Of a stretch of DNA of 64,000 nt, positions 55,093-63,793 are shown piece after piece. Each line of letters begins with the position of its first letter. The stretch's first letter is position 1. The notes below the pieces were generated by a model, which was given only the letters and a program-made list of their open reading frames with translations, was not told the DNA's origin and did no database searches. Source of the stretch: Clostridia bacterium (lineage in GTDB: Bacteria > Bacillota > Clostridia > Christensenellales > CAG-138); the NCBI GenBank assembly GCA_017428025.1, contig JAFRRO010000021.1, forward strand, positions 11,752-75,751, read 5' to 3'. Made by a program: the position numbers and the translations under genes.

Positions 55093-55098
55093 CTGTTG

Positions 55099-56502
55099 CT
55101 ACGAATCGATTGCGCCTTCCGGAAACAGCTTCATGTACCGGTGCCGGACGATCATGGAAACCGTGAAATGCGTCGCGGCGGTCAGCGTCCACGAGATCGG
55201 ATAGCTGAGGTACACCATCCACAGCGTCGGGTGCAGCGGGAAGATGACGTAGATCCAGAAGAGGCGGAACACGCACGAGCCGATCAGCGAAATGACCGTG
55301 GACAGCGTCGACTTGCCGAGCCCGCGCAGGATGCCGGAGCCGACCTCCATGAACGCGAGCGTGACATACGGCGTGATCATCACATAAAAGCGCGTATAGG
55401 CGGTTTCGAGCGCCATCGGGTCGCCGCTCTGGATGTACAGACTGAGCAGCGGATGCCGGAACGTCAGCAGGATCGCCGCGGCCGCGAACGCGACCATCGC
55501 CGTCACAAAGTAGCAGCAGCGCATGACCGTGCCGATGCGCTTATACATGCGCGCGCCGTGGTGCTGGCTCGCGAACGTGACCGACGCCTGATAGACCGAG
55601 TTCGTGGCGACGTACGCGAACCCTTCGAGGTTGCCCGCCGCGGCGTTGCCGTCGATGATCGACGAGCCGCCCGGACACGCGGCATTGTTGAGCCCGATGA
55701 TCGTGCTCTGAATCAGCATGTTCGAAAGCGAAAACAGCATGCCCTGCACGCCGGCGGGCAGACCGTCGCGGATAATCTCCTTCATCGCCGCCCTGTCGAT
55801 GCGCAGCTTCTTCAGTTCCAGGCGGCACCAGCCGGTGTCGCGCATCAGCACGATCGAGAGCAGCACGACGTTCGCGACGTTCGCAATGACCGTCGCATAC
55901 GCAACGCCGTCGACCGACAGTTTCAGCACGAGCACGAAAAACAGGTTCATGACCACGTTCAAAAGCCCCGTGCCGGTCAGGATGTACAGCGGCGTGCGCG
56001 TGTCGCCCTTGGCGCGCAGGATCGCGATCAGATAGTTGGACACCGCAAGAAACGGCGTTCCGGCAAAATAGATGCGCGTGTACAGCGACGCAAGCTCCAG
56101 CACATGCCCCTCGTCGCCTAAAAGCTTTAGGATCGAGCGTCCGACGAACAGTCCGACGACCATGCAGATCACGCCGAACAGCGCCGCCATCACGAGCGAG
56201 GTATGCACCGACTTGGACGTTGCTTCGCGGTCGCCGCGCCCGATGTTCCGCGCGACGACGACGTTGGTGCCGATCGCAAAGCCCGAAAAGATATTGAGAA
56301 TAAAGTTGATCATCGCGCCGGTCGTGCCGATCGATCCGATCGCGCCTTCGACGCCGCTCATGCCCGCCACGACCATGTCGGCGGCGTTGTACAGCATCTG
56401 CAGAAGGTTCGTCGCCATCAGCGGCAGCGCAAACAGAAAGACCTTGCCGAGCAGAGGTCCTTCGAGCATGTTGATGTCCTTGGATCTTGCGAACGCTTTC
56501 AT
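55099..56502 (-). CDS. MATE family efflux transporter
   Basis: 467 aa with 12 TM segments. N-terminus LFALPLMATNLLQMLYNAADMVVAG. Confidence 0.85.
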   Translation of the reverse strand: MKAFARSKDINMLEGPLLGKVFLFALPLMATNLLQMLYNAADMVVAGMSGVEGAIGSIGTTGAMINFILNIFSGFAIGTNVVVARNIGRGDREATSKSVHTSLVMAALFGVICMVVGLFVGRSILKLLGDEGHVLELASLYTRIYFAGTPFLAVSNYLIAILRAKGDTRTPLYILTGTGLLNVVMNLFFVLVLKLSVDGVAYATVIANVANVVLLSIVLMRDTGWCRLELKKLRIDRAAMKEIIRDGLPAGVQGMLFSLSNMLIQSTIIGLNNAACPGGSSIIDGNAAAGNLEGFAYVATNSVYQASVTFASQHHGARMYKRIGTVMRCCYFVTAMVAFAAAAILLTFRHPLLSLYIQSGDPMALETAYTRFYVMITPYVTLAFMEVGSGILRGLGKSTLSTVISLIGSCVFRLFWIYVIFPLHPTLWMVYLSYPISWTLTAATHFTVSMIVRHRYMKLFPEGAIDS

Positions 56503-56509
56503 AAACTCC

Positions 56510-57562
56510 TTATACGACCGACAGATAGGGCGTGGCGTTGAGGTCGAGCCCGTCGCGGTGCCCCTTCATCAGCAGATAGAAACCGGCGCTGCCGATCATC
56601 GCGGCATTGTCGGTGCAGTAACGGAAATCGGGACAGCAGAAGCGGATCCCCTTTTTCTTCGCCTTTCTCGCAAGCATATCCCGGAGCGCCGCGTTTGCGG
56701 AAACGCCGCCCGCCAGCGCAAGCGTATCGGAGGCGGCGCGCACCGCCTTGTCCGAGAGGATCGAGATCACCTCATACTGAAAGCTTGCCGCAACGTCCGC
56801 GCGGTTCACGTCCTCGCCGCGCTGTTCGGCGGTGTGCAGCACGTTGATGACCGCGGTCTTCAGTCCCGAAAAGCTCATGTCGTATTCGTCCTCGCGCTCG
56901 TTGAACGCGGAACGGAAGCGGATCGCCTTCGGATCGCCGTCCTTCGCAAGCTTCTCCAGCTCCGGACCGCCGGGATACGGCAAGCCCAGAACGCGGGCAA
57001 CCTTGTCGAACGCCTCGCCCGCCGCGTCGTCGCGCGTACGGCCGATCAGCGTGCAGCGGTCGTAGTCCTCGACGCGCACGATATGGCTGTGCCCGCCCGA
57101 TGCGATCAGGCAGGTGAACGGCGGTTCGAGATCGGAAAACGTCAGATAGTTCGCGGCGATGTGTCCGAGGATGTGATTGGTGCCGACCAGCGGCAGATTG
57201 TGCGACAGCGCGAGTCCCTTTGCGTAGCTCACGCCGACCAGCAGCGCGCCGACCAGACCGGGACCGCAGGTGACCGCGACCGCGTCGACGTCGTCAAGCA
57301 TCATCGCCGCATCCTGTAAAGCCTTTTCGACGACCGCGCCGATGCGCTCCACATGGTTGCGGCTCGCAAGCTCCGGCACGACGCCGCCGTACTTGCGGTG
57401 CAGCGGAATCTGCGTGTGCACGACGTTCGAAAGCACCTCGCGCCCGTCGCGCACGATCGCGCACGCGGTCTCGTCGCACGAGGTCTCGATCGCAAGCACC
57501 GTCGCGTGACCGCTATGGATTAGCGCTTCCTGTTTTTCTTTCGCCAGTTGTTCGTAACTCAT
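56510..57562 (-). CDS. tsaD: tRNA N6-adenosine threonylcarbamoyltransferase
   Basis: VLAIETSCDETACAIV, GVVPELASRNH, SGGHS, GGVSAN motifs. Start at MSYEQL (57562), ATGA overlap with the upstream gene. Confidence 0.9.
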   Translation of the reverse strand: MSYEQLAKEKQEALIHSGHATVLAIETSCDETACAIVRDGREVLSNVVHTQIPLHRKYGGVVPELASRNHVERIGAVVEKALQDAAMMLDDVDAVAVTCGPGLVGALLVGVSYAKGLALSHNLPLVGTNHILGHIAANYLTFSDLEPPFTCLIASGGHSHIVRVEDYDRCTLIGRTRDDAAGEAFDKVARVLGLPYPGGPELEKLAKDGDPKAIRFRSAFNEREDEYDMSFSGLKTAVINVLHTAEQRGEDVNRADVAASFQYEVISILSDKAVRAASDTLALAGGVSANAALRDMLARKAKKKGIRFCCPDFRYCTDNAAMIGSAGFYLLMKGHRDGLDLNATPYLSVV

Positions 57563-58902
57563 TCGTCCCGCTCTTTCCGTTCCGTCTCCTCCGGCTGTTC
57601 GTTTATCCCTTCCGGCTCCCCTGCGCAAGGATTGCTGTCTGCTTCTGCAGACTGAGTGGTTGTTTCCTCCGTGTCGTCGCGCAGTTCGATCGTCGGCTCC
57701 TCCGGCTCCTCACTCGGCTCCTCGGGCTGTTCTCTCGTCTCCTCCGGCTCCCCTGCGCAAGGGTTGCTGTCTGCTTCTGCAGACTGAGGGGTTGTCTCCT
57801 CCGTGTCGTCGCGCAGTTCGATCGTCGGTTCCTCCGGCTCCTCACTCGGCTCCTCGGGCTGTTCGCTCGTCTCCTCCGGCTCCCCTGTGCAAGGGGAGCT
57901 GTCACCGTCAGGTGACTGAGGGGTTGTTCCCGCCTCCTCCGTGTCGTCGCGCAGTTCGATCGTCGGTTCCTCCGGCGCTTCGGGCTTCTGCGGCTCGTCA
58001 AACAGCGGCAGCCCCTTCTTCGCGCGGCGCCGCAGTTCCTCCCGTTTGCTGACCGGCGCGTTCCGGATCTGATGCGCAAGCACAAGGTCCGGTCCGTCGA
58101 TCGCGACCGGCTCGTTCGCGTCGTGCTCCACGGTGACGATATCCGCCACGGCCTCCGTGACCTTCTTCCGTCCGATGAAGCGGACCATGAGCCCGATCAG
58201 CAGCACGAAGGCGATCTCCGCGATCACGAAGATCGCGCAGCGCAGCACCAGTCCCGGGAAGATCGGCATCAGCATGTTGACCATGATGCTGTCGCTCGAA
58301 AGCACCCAGTTCAGCTCGTTCAGCGCCTCGGGCGTCGCGCCCGCGGCAAGGTACTGGAACAGCGAACCGGGGAACAGCACGAAATGGAACACGGTCCAGA
58401 AGCTCTGGAAGTTCATGATCGCCCACGCGCCGAAGAACACGAGCACGCCGCCGAAGATTCCCGCGCCCCATATGACGCCGGAACCGAAGATCGGACGCCG
58501 CTTTCCGCGTTCGGGCAGGGCGATGCCGGTCACCAGCAGCGCTGCCGCCGCCATCACGGCATACCAGGAGAACGCATCGAGCCCGAGCCAGAGCGACTGT
58601 ACCTCCGCCATGTGCACAACTTCCTTTTCGTGATAGAAGATGTTTTCGAGCTCGGCGCCGTTGACGCGCGCGGCGAAGTGGATGTTTTCGCGCTCGCCGC
58701 GCATGTAGGAAAGCAGCACCTCCGTCGCCGCGGACAGATCGGGCACGCTCATGCCCATCAGCTCGCTGACGTTCTGCTTCTGATACTGTTCCTCAATATA
58801 ATCGCTGTCCTTCAAAACGAGTGCGGTCGAATGAAACCCTGCCGCAAACAGCAGCAGCAGCGTTGCAAGAATCACGCACAGTTTTCCGATGGTATTTCGC
58901 AT
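57559..58902 (-). CDS. DUF1461/TIGR01906-like integral membrane protein (Lit-like) with a repeat-derived acidic C-terminal tail
   Basis: Start MRNTIGKL (58902) behind GGAGG. N-terminal about 270 aa has 4-5 TM segments and ..FYHEKEVVHMAEV.. The C-terminal about 130 aa is three E/P-rich repeats. Confidence 0.65.
   Translation of the reverse strand: MRNTIGKLCVILATLLLLFAAGFHSTALVLKDSDYIEEQYQKQNVSELMGMSVPDLSAATEVLLSYMRGERENIHFAARVNGAELENIFYHEKEVVHMAEVQSLWLGLDAFSWYAVMAAAALLVTGIALPERGKRRPIFGSGVIWGAGIFGGVLVFFGAWAIMNFQSFWTVFHFVLFPGSLFQYLAAGATPEALNELNWVLSSDSIMVNMLMPIFPGLVLRCAIFVIAEIAFVLLIGLMVRFIGRKKVTEAVADIVTVEHDANEPVAIDGPDLVLAHQIRNAPVSKREELRRRAKKGLPLFDEPQKPEAPEEPTIELRDDTEEAGTTPQSPDGDSSPCTGEPEETSEQPEEPSEEPEEPTIELRDDTEETTPQSAEADSNPCAGEPEETREQPEEPSEEPEEPTIELRDDTEETTTQSAEADSNPCAGEPEGINEQPEETERKERDE
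57600..57995. repeat. Three tandem 132-138 bp repeats inside the CDS, each containing a type A REP-like element
   Basis: Type A cores at 57614-57663, 57746-57795 and 57878-57927. Anchor ccgtgtcgtcgcgcagttcgatcgtcgg at 57669, 57801 and 57939. The third core is 50/50 identical to intergenic 5494-5543. Confidence 0.9.
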
Positions 58903-58931
58903 TTGTCCTCCAAACGCACCTATGTTTTTCC

Positions 58932-58970
58932 GTTCCAAGATCCTTCGTCGCTCCGTTTCTCAGGATGACA
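58932..58970. repeat. Type B REP-like element
   Basis: gttccaagatccttcgtcgctccgtttctcaggatgaca; same ends as the copies at 3931-3966, 6116-6148 and 42578/42893. Confidence 0.8.
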
Positions 58971-59034
58971 CGGTTCTGACGATTCACGGCGGCTGCATAG
59001 GACGGCAGGCCGCCTCTTGTCACAGTATAAATCC

Positions 59035-59153
59035 GTCAAATTCAGCGACATGTGCGGTGAATTTGACTCCTTGCAGCTTGCGCCGCCCGGAAATGCGTCA
59101 GCATTTCAGGCGGAAGCTGAGAACCAGTCGATTGAAAGGATTTCAATCGACTG
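59035..59153. other. Series of three stem-loops downstream of the nucleoside-kinase-like gene
   Basis: gtcaaattcagcg-acatgtg-cggtgaatttgac (59035-59067). gaaatgc-gtca-gcatttc (59090-59107). Perfect 13-bp stem cagtcgattgaaa-gga-tttcaatcgactg (59125-59153). No clear U-tract. Confidence 0.5.
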
Positions 59154-59159
59154 ACCGCA

Positions 59160-60878
59160 TCAGCGGTAGAACGCGTTTCCGCCGACGAATTCCCGCAGAA
59201 TGCTGGTGGGCGGGATCTCATCCTCCACGGCGGCGTCCTGGATGTAGTTCAAGAACTTGATCGTGCTGATGACCTCGTCGTAGCAGGGGCTTGTCGGCTC
59301 CACGGCGCGCAGCAGCGGATACAGATGCTTTTTGAGCACCGCCAGCTCATAGACGAGCGTGGTGTTCATGATCTCGTCGGCGCTCTCCTGATACGGGAAG
59401 ATCCAGCGCTGTTCGCCGCGTTTGACGCTCTCCCACATGCCGAGCGTGCGCTCGATCGTGGCGCCGCGCGTCTCGTAATCGCGCATCATGCGGCGCAGCA
59501 GACGGACGTCGGTCGTCGGGATGCGGTTGTGGTCGTCGAGGTTCAGCGTCGCGAGTGCGGACACATAGAGCCGGAAGATCAGCCGCTTGTCGATGCGCGG
59601 CGTCAGCAGCATCGGGTTCAGCGCATGCAGACCTTCGATGATCAGGATCGCGTTCTCCTGCAGCTGCATGAAGTGTCCGAGCATCTGCCGCGAACCGGTT
59701 TTGAAATCGAAGTGCGGAATCTCGACGCGTTTGCCCTCCAGCAGCGCTTCGAGGTCCACGTTGAACTGCGGCACGTCGATCATGTTGATGTGCTCGTAGT
59801 CGATTTCGCCGTTTTCGTCGGGCTTCACATACTTGCGGTCGATGTAGTAATCGTCCAGAGACAGCAGGATCGGCGTCTTGCCCAGCACGCGCAGCTGCGT
59901 TGCGAGGCGGTTGGCGCTCGTTGTCTTGCCCGAGCTCGACGGACCGGCGATCAGCACGGCGCGCGCGCCGCGGTTCACGATCGCGGTTGCGATCTCGGCG
60001 AAGCGGCGTTCATGCAGCGCTTCGTTGACGCGGATGAGCTCGCGCACGGAACCGTCCTCGACCATCGCGTTGAGGTCCGCCACGCAGCGGCAGTGCATCA
60101 GGTCCGCCCAGCGGTCGGTCGTCGCAAACGCCTTGCTCAGATTCGGCTGATAGACGTAGCGCGTCGCGACGTCGGCGTCCTGCGTCGACGGACGCAGCAG
60201 AAACAGCCCGCCGTTGCGGTGCTGCAGGTCGAACACCTTCGCGTAGCCGGTCGAGGGGCACATCTCGCCGTAGAAATAGTCGGCATAATCGTCGTGCGTG
60301 TACACGTCGAAGTAGGTGAACTGGCGCCACTTCAAAAGCCGCACCTTGTCCTCCTGCCCGTCCTTCTCGAACAGCCGGATCGCCTCGTCGATGTCGAGGC
60401 GCTTGCGGATCAGCGGATAGTCCGCCTCCGCGATCTCGCGCATCTTGGCGCGCACCGTCTCCACATCCTCCTGCGAGAACGGATAGTCGGGCATGTCCAC
60501 CGAGATGTCGAGACCGGCGCCGACCGCATAGTTGACCTTCGCCTTCGCCTGCGGGAACAGCTCGCGCATCGCGAGGAAGAAGACGTAGATCATCGTGCGC
60601 TCGTAGATCGCCTTGCCGCGCGTTTCGTTGTAGCGGATCAGCTTGATTTCGCCGTTGCTCTTGCGGATCGCCTTGCGCATGCGGAACGTCGTCGGCGCGT
60701 CGCTCTGCTCCTTTTCGCGCATCGGGATGTAGTTCAGCGTAAAAATCTCGCCCGCGATGTCCGCCGCGAGCGGGCGCGTCTTGAGGCTGTCGGTGTCGAG
60801 ACCGAGCCGCTTGACCATGGAGAGGATGGTTTCGTCCTTGCGGACTTCCACGGGATTGCCGTCAATGAGAATTTGCAT
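59160..60878 (-). CDS. Nucleoside/uridine kinase family protein with an N-terminal TGS-like extension
   Basis: 572 aa. P-loop IAGPSSSGKTTSANRL, LSLDDYY, IIEGLHALNP (PRK/uridine kinase pattern). Confidence 0.7.
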   Translation of the reverse strand: MQILIDGNPVEVRKDETILSMVKRLGLDTDSLKTRPLAADIAGEIFTLNYIPMREKEQSDAPTTFRMRKAIRKSNGEIKLIRYNETRGKAIYERTMIYVFFLAMRELFPQAKAKVNYAVGAGLDISVDMPDYPFSQEDVETVRAKMREIAEADYPLIRKRLDIDEAIRLFEKDGQEDKVRLLKWRQFTYFDVYTHDDYADYFYGEMCPSTGYAKVFDLQHRNGGLFLLRPSTQDADVATRYVYQPNLSKAFATTDRWADLMHCRCVADLNAMVEDGSVRELIRVNEALHERRFAEIATAIVNRGARAVLIAGPSSSGKTTSANRLATQLRVLGKTPILLSLDDYYIDRKYVKPDENGEIDYEHINMIDVPQFNVDLEALLEGKRVEIPHFDFKTGSRQMLGHFMQLQENAILIIEGLHALNPMLLTPRIDKRLIFRLYVSALATLNLDDHNRIPTTDVRLLRRMMRDYETRGATIERTLGMWESVKRGEQRWIFPYQESADEIMNTTLVYELAVLKKHLYPLLRAVEPTSPCYDEVISTIKFLNYIQDAAVEDEIPPTSILREFVGGNAFYR

Positions 60879-60882
60879 AAGA

Positions 60883-62508
60883 TTACCCCCAGAGAACCGA
60901 TAGTGCCGGAACGATCTGTTTCTTGCGCGACAGAACGCCCGGAAGGAAAGCCGTGTTATCGACGACCTTGACGTTGAACGCTTCCTCCACCGTGTCGGTC
61001 CCGCCGCAGCAGAGCAGCACCGTGCCCTCCTTCAGAACGTCGGTCAGCATCAGAAGCAGCATATCGAACGAACGCGCGGCGCGCACGCGCTCCATCGCCT
61101 CGAGGAACGCGTCTCTGCGCTCGAGAAGCTCCGCCGAGTCGATGCAGCTGATCTGCCCGATGCCGAGCTTGTGACCTTCGATCTCGAAATGCTTGAAATC
61201 GGAGAGCAGCAGCTTTTCGGGATCGGTCTCGCGCGAAGCCGAAGGCGAGAAGATCGCCCGGCCGAGATCCGCAAGCGTGACGTTCGCAATCGCCGCCATC
61301 CGCTCCGCCATCAGACGGTCGCGCGGCGTCGCGGTCGGCGATTTGAAGTAGATCGTGTCGGACACGATGCCCGCCGCGAGCAGTCCCGCCAGCTGCGGGT
61401 TCGGCATGACGCCGCGCTCCTGGAACATCGAGGCGACGATCGTGCAGGTCGCGCCGACCGGCTCGTTGCGCACATAGATCGGCGCGCCGGTCTGGACGTC
61501 GGCAAGACGGTGATGGTCGATGATCGCAAGGATTTCCGCTTCGTTCAGCCCGTCCACCGACTGCGAAAGCTCGTTGTGGTCGACCAGAACGACCTGTTTG
61601 CGGTTCGGACGCAGCAGATGGAAGCGCGACAGCGTACCGACGACGCGGTCGTTTTCGTCGAGGATCGGATAGCTGCGGAAGCGCGATTTCAGCGTCTGAT
61701 CGCGCACGTCGTCCAGATAATCGTCGAGGTGGAACGCGACCTTGTCCTTGTCGGGAAGCGCGCGTTCGACCGGAACGGACTGGATGATCAGCCGCGCGGC
61801 GCGGTACGCGTCAAACGGCGTGGTGATGAGCAGCGTATCGTCTGCGCTCTCCGCAACCGACGGATCGAACGGCGCGTTCGAAACCACGACGCAGGCAACC
61901 TTCGCCTCGATCGCGCGGCGCAGGATCGCCGGATCGCTTCCGGTCACCAGAATCATGTCGCGCCGAAGCTGCACCCGTTCCGGATCCGCCTCCGGCAGCG
62001 CGATCTTCAGCTCGCCGGAAAGCGCGGTCAGCGCGCTGTTGCCGCCCCACAGCTGTCCGTCGAGATTGGAAACGATATTGAACAGCGGGATATCCTTGAG
62101 CTGCATGTTCTCGCTCGACGCGAGATCGAACGCCGCGATATCGCCCGCCGAAACCATGCCGCGCAGCCCGCCCTCGTCGTCGGCAACCGGCAGCGCCGGA
62201 ATCTCGCGCGTGTCGGAGAGCATCGCCTCCCATGCGCGGTGGACCGTCACCGCGCGCGAAAGCACGGGCGGACGGTCGAAGTTCAGATCGCGGACCTGCG
62301 TGCGCACGTTGTAGATGCGCTGCGGCGCCGGAACGCCGAACCGCTCCAGAATCGCCGTCGTTTCGTCGCTGACGGTCCCGAGACGCGCCGCGATGTAGCG
62401 GCGGTCGCCGAGCGCGTTCATCAGCGCGGCATAGGCGATCGCGGAGATGATGGAATCGGTGTCCGGATTCTTGTGTCCTGTGACATAGACCGGTTTCTGT
62501 ACATCCAT
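60883..62508 (-). CDS. ppaC: Family II (DHH) inorganic pyrophosphatase with CBS/DRTGG insertion
   Basis: VYVTGHKNPDTDSIISAIAYA, VLVDHNE, IIDHHRL (DHH motifs), an inserted CBS pair, and a DHHA2-like C-terminus. Confidence 0.8.
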   Translation of the reverse strand: MDVQKPVYVTGHKNPDTDSIISAIAYAALMNALGDRRYIAARLGTVSDETTAILERFGVPAPQRIYNVRTQVRDLNFDRPPVLSRAVTVHRAWEAMLSDTREIPALPVADDEGGLRGMVSAGDIAAFDLASSENMQLKDIPLFNIVSNLDGQLWGGNSALTALSGELKIALPEADPERVQLRRDMILVTGSDPAILRRAIEAKVACVVVSNAPFDPSVAESADDTLLITTPFDAYRAARLIIQSVPVERALPDKDKVAFHLDDYLDDVRDQTLKSRFRSYPILDENDRVVGTLSRFHLLRPNRKQVVLVDHNELSQSVDGLNEAEILAIIDHHRLADVQTGAPIYVRNEPVGATCTIVASMFQERGVMPNPQLAGLLAAGIVSDTIYFKSPTATPRDRLMAERMAAIANVTLADLGRAIFSPSASRETDPEKLLLSDFKHFEIEGHKLGIGQISCIDSAELLERRDAFLEAMERVRAARSFDMLLLMLTDVLKEGTVLLCCGGTDTVEEAFNVKVVDNTAFLPGVLSRKKQIVPALSVLWG

Positions 62509-62582
62509 ATGCTCACGTCCTTATCAATAAATATCCATTTTGTATTATAGCAGAGAACCGCGGATTTTGCCACATTTCGCTC

Positions 62583-62611
62583 TTGACGTTTGAAAAAAGT
62601 TAACATATAAT
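62583..62611 (+). promoter_or_regulatory. Near-consensus SigA-type promoter upstream of the CaCA antiporter leader
   Basis: TTGACG (62583-62588), 17 nt, TATAAT (62606-62611). The leader is about 140 nt. Confidence 0.7.
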
Positions 62612-62617
62612 CGGAAC

Positions 62618-62708
62618 TGTAAAAGGGAGTAGCCGACGCATCGCGTGACCTGCGGCGTCAGCACGGGCGATCGCCCCGCTGCCGGTCGAAATGTGCGAGA
62701 CTTTTATG
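62618..62708 (+). promoter_or_regulatory. Candidate yybP-ykoY (Mn2+) riboswitch aptamer
   Basis: 5' UAAAAG-GGAGUAGC (62620-62633) resembles the conserved AAAGGGGAGUAGC. 3' GCGAGAC-CUUUUA (62694-62706) resembles GCAAGACCUUU and closes P1 with the 5' UAAAAG. Internal GC helices lie between them. Not verified with a covariance model. Confidence 0.5.
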
Positions 62709-62740
62709 CATATTTCGGTTGCATAGAAGTCTCTTTTTCT
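62697..62740 (+). terminator. Expression-platform terminator overlapping the aptamer P1 3' strand
   Basis: gagactt-t-tatgca / tgcata-g-aagtctc stem (62697-62733) followed by tttttct. It shares gagactttta with the putative P1. Confidence 0.6.
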
Positions 62741-62759
62741 GTGCGGAAAGGAAGGTACC

Positions 62760-63782
62760 ATGTCTTTTTCTGTCCCCGATTCTCTGTTCTGGACCATCGT
62801 GCTGTTTTTAGGCGGTCTCGCGCTGATCTGCGTCGCGGGCGACAAGTTCGTCGACGCCGCGGTTGCGATCGCAAAACGGCTGAAGATCCCCGAAATCGTC
62901 GTCGGCGCGACGATCGTTTCGCTCGGCACCACGCTGCCGGAGATTCTCGTCTCCACCACCGCGGCGATCGGCAGAGCGCAGTCGCCCGAAATCAGCGTCG
63001 GCAACGCGCTCGGCTCCATCATCTGCAACACCGCGCTGATTGCGGGCATCGGACAGCTGATGCGGCCGACCAAGGAGGTCAAGTCGAAGTCCGTTTCCTG
63101 GCGCATGATCTTCTTTGTCGCGACGGTGCTCGTGCTGTTCCTTTCGGTGCTGTTCACGCCCGCGCAGGACTACATCGGCGCGGACGGCGTCGCAAAGCAC
63201 TTTGTCGGCACGATCACGCGCGTGATCGGCATTCTGCTCGTGCTCGGATTCTGCGCCTACTCGTTCCTCTCGATCAAGTGGAAGGACAGCGACGGCGAAG
63301 CCGAATACGATGAAAACGAAAAGGTCATGCCGCTGTGGGGCGCGCTGCTCATGCTGGTCGTCTCCGCCGCCGCGCTGTTCGTCGGTGCAAACCTGCTCGT
63401 CGAAAACGGTCAGCTGCTCGCCCGCGCGATCGGCGTTCCCGACCGCGTGATCGCCGTCACCATGATCGCGCTCGGCACCTCGCTGCCGGAGCTTGTGACG
63501 ACCGTCACCTCCGCGATCAAGGGACGCGGCGACGTGGGGCTCGGCAACATCATCGGCGCGAACCTGTTCAACATGCTGCTCGTCATCGGTCTGCCCGCAA
63601 CGATCACCGGCAACGTCGCGTTCACGCGAAACGCGCTCTGGCTCGATCTGCCGCTGGCGCTGCTTGCGATGGTCGGTCTGATCATCCCGATGCTGATCCG
63701 CAAAAAGGGCTCCCGCGTGCAGGGCGCGCTGCTGCTTTCGGGCTACATCGGCTACTGCGTCTATTCGTTCCTTGCGGCGTAA
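62760..63782 (+). CDS. CaCA family cation/Ca2+ antiporter (YrbG-like)
   Basis: 340 aa. Two alpha-repeats GATIVSLGTTLPE and AVTMIALGTSLPELV, and GNALGS / GNIIGAN. Confidence 0.85.
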   Translation: MSFSVPDSLFWTIVLFLGGLALICVAGDKFVDAAVAIAKRLKIPEIVVGATIVSLGTTLPEILVSTTAAIGRAQSPEISVGNALGSIICNTALIAGIGQLMRPTKEVKSKSVSWRMIFFVATVLVLFLSVLFTPAQDYIGADGVAKHFVGTITRVIGILLVLGFCAYSFLSIKWKDSDGEAEYDENEKVMPLWGALLMLVVSAAALFVGANLLVENGQLLARAIGVPDRVIAVTMIALGTSLPELVTTVTSAIKGRGDVGLGNIIGANLFNMLLVIGLPATITGNVAFTRNALWLDLPLALLAMVGLIIPMLIRKKGSRVQGALLLSGYIGYCVYSFLAA

Positions 63783-63793
63783 CGCAACCTTTT

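Noticed and set aside
50081-55098. Mobile element or prophage context for the TIR/HD-RyR cassette
   Set aside because: There is no integrase, transposase, tRNA gene, direct repeat or phage gene in or around the cassette. Only a mild compositional difference was noted by eye, so horizontal origin is possible but unsupported.
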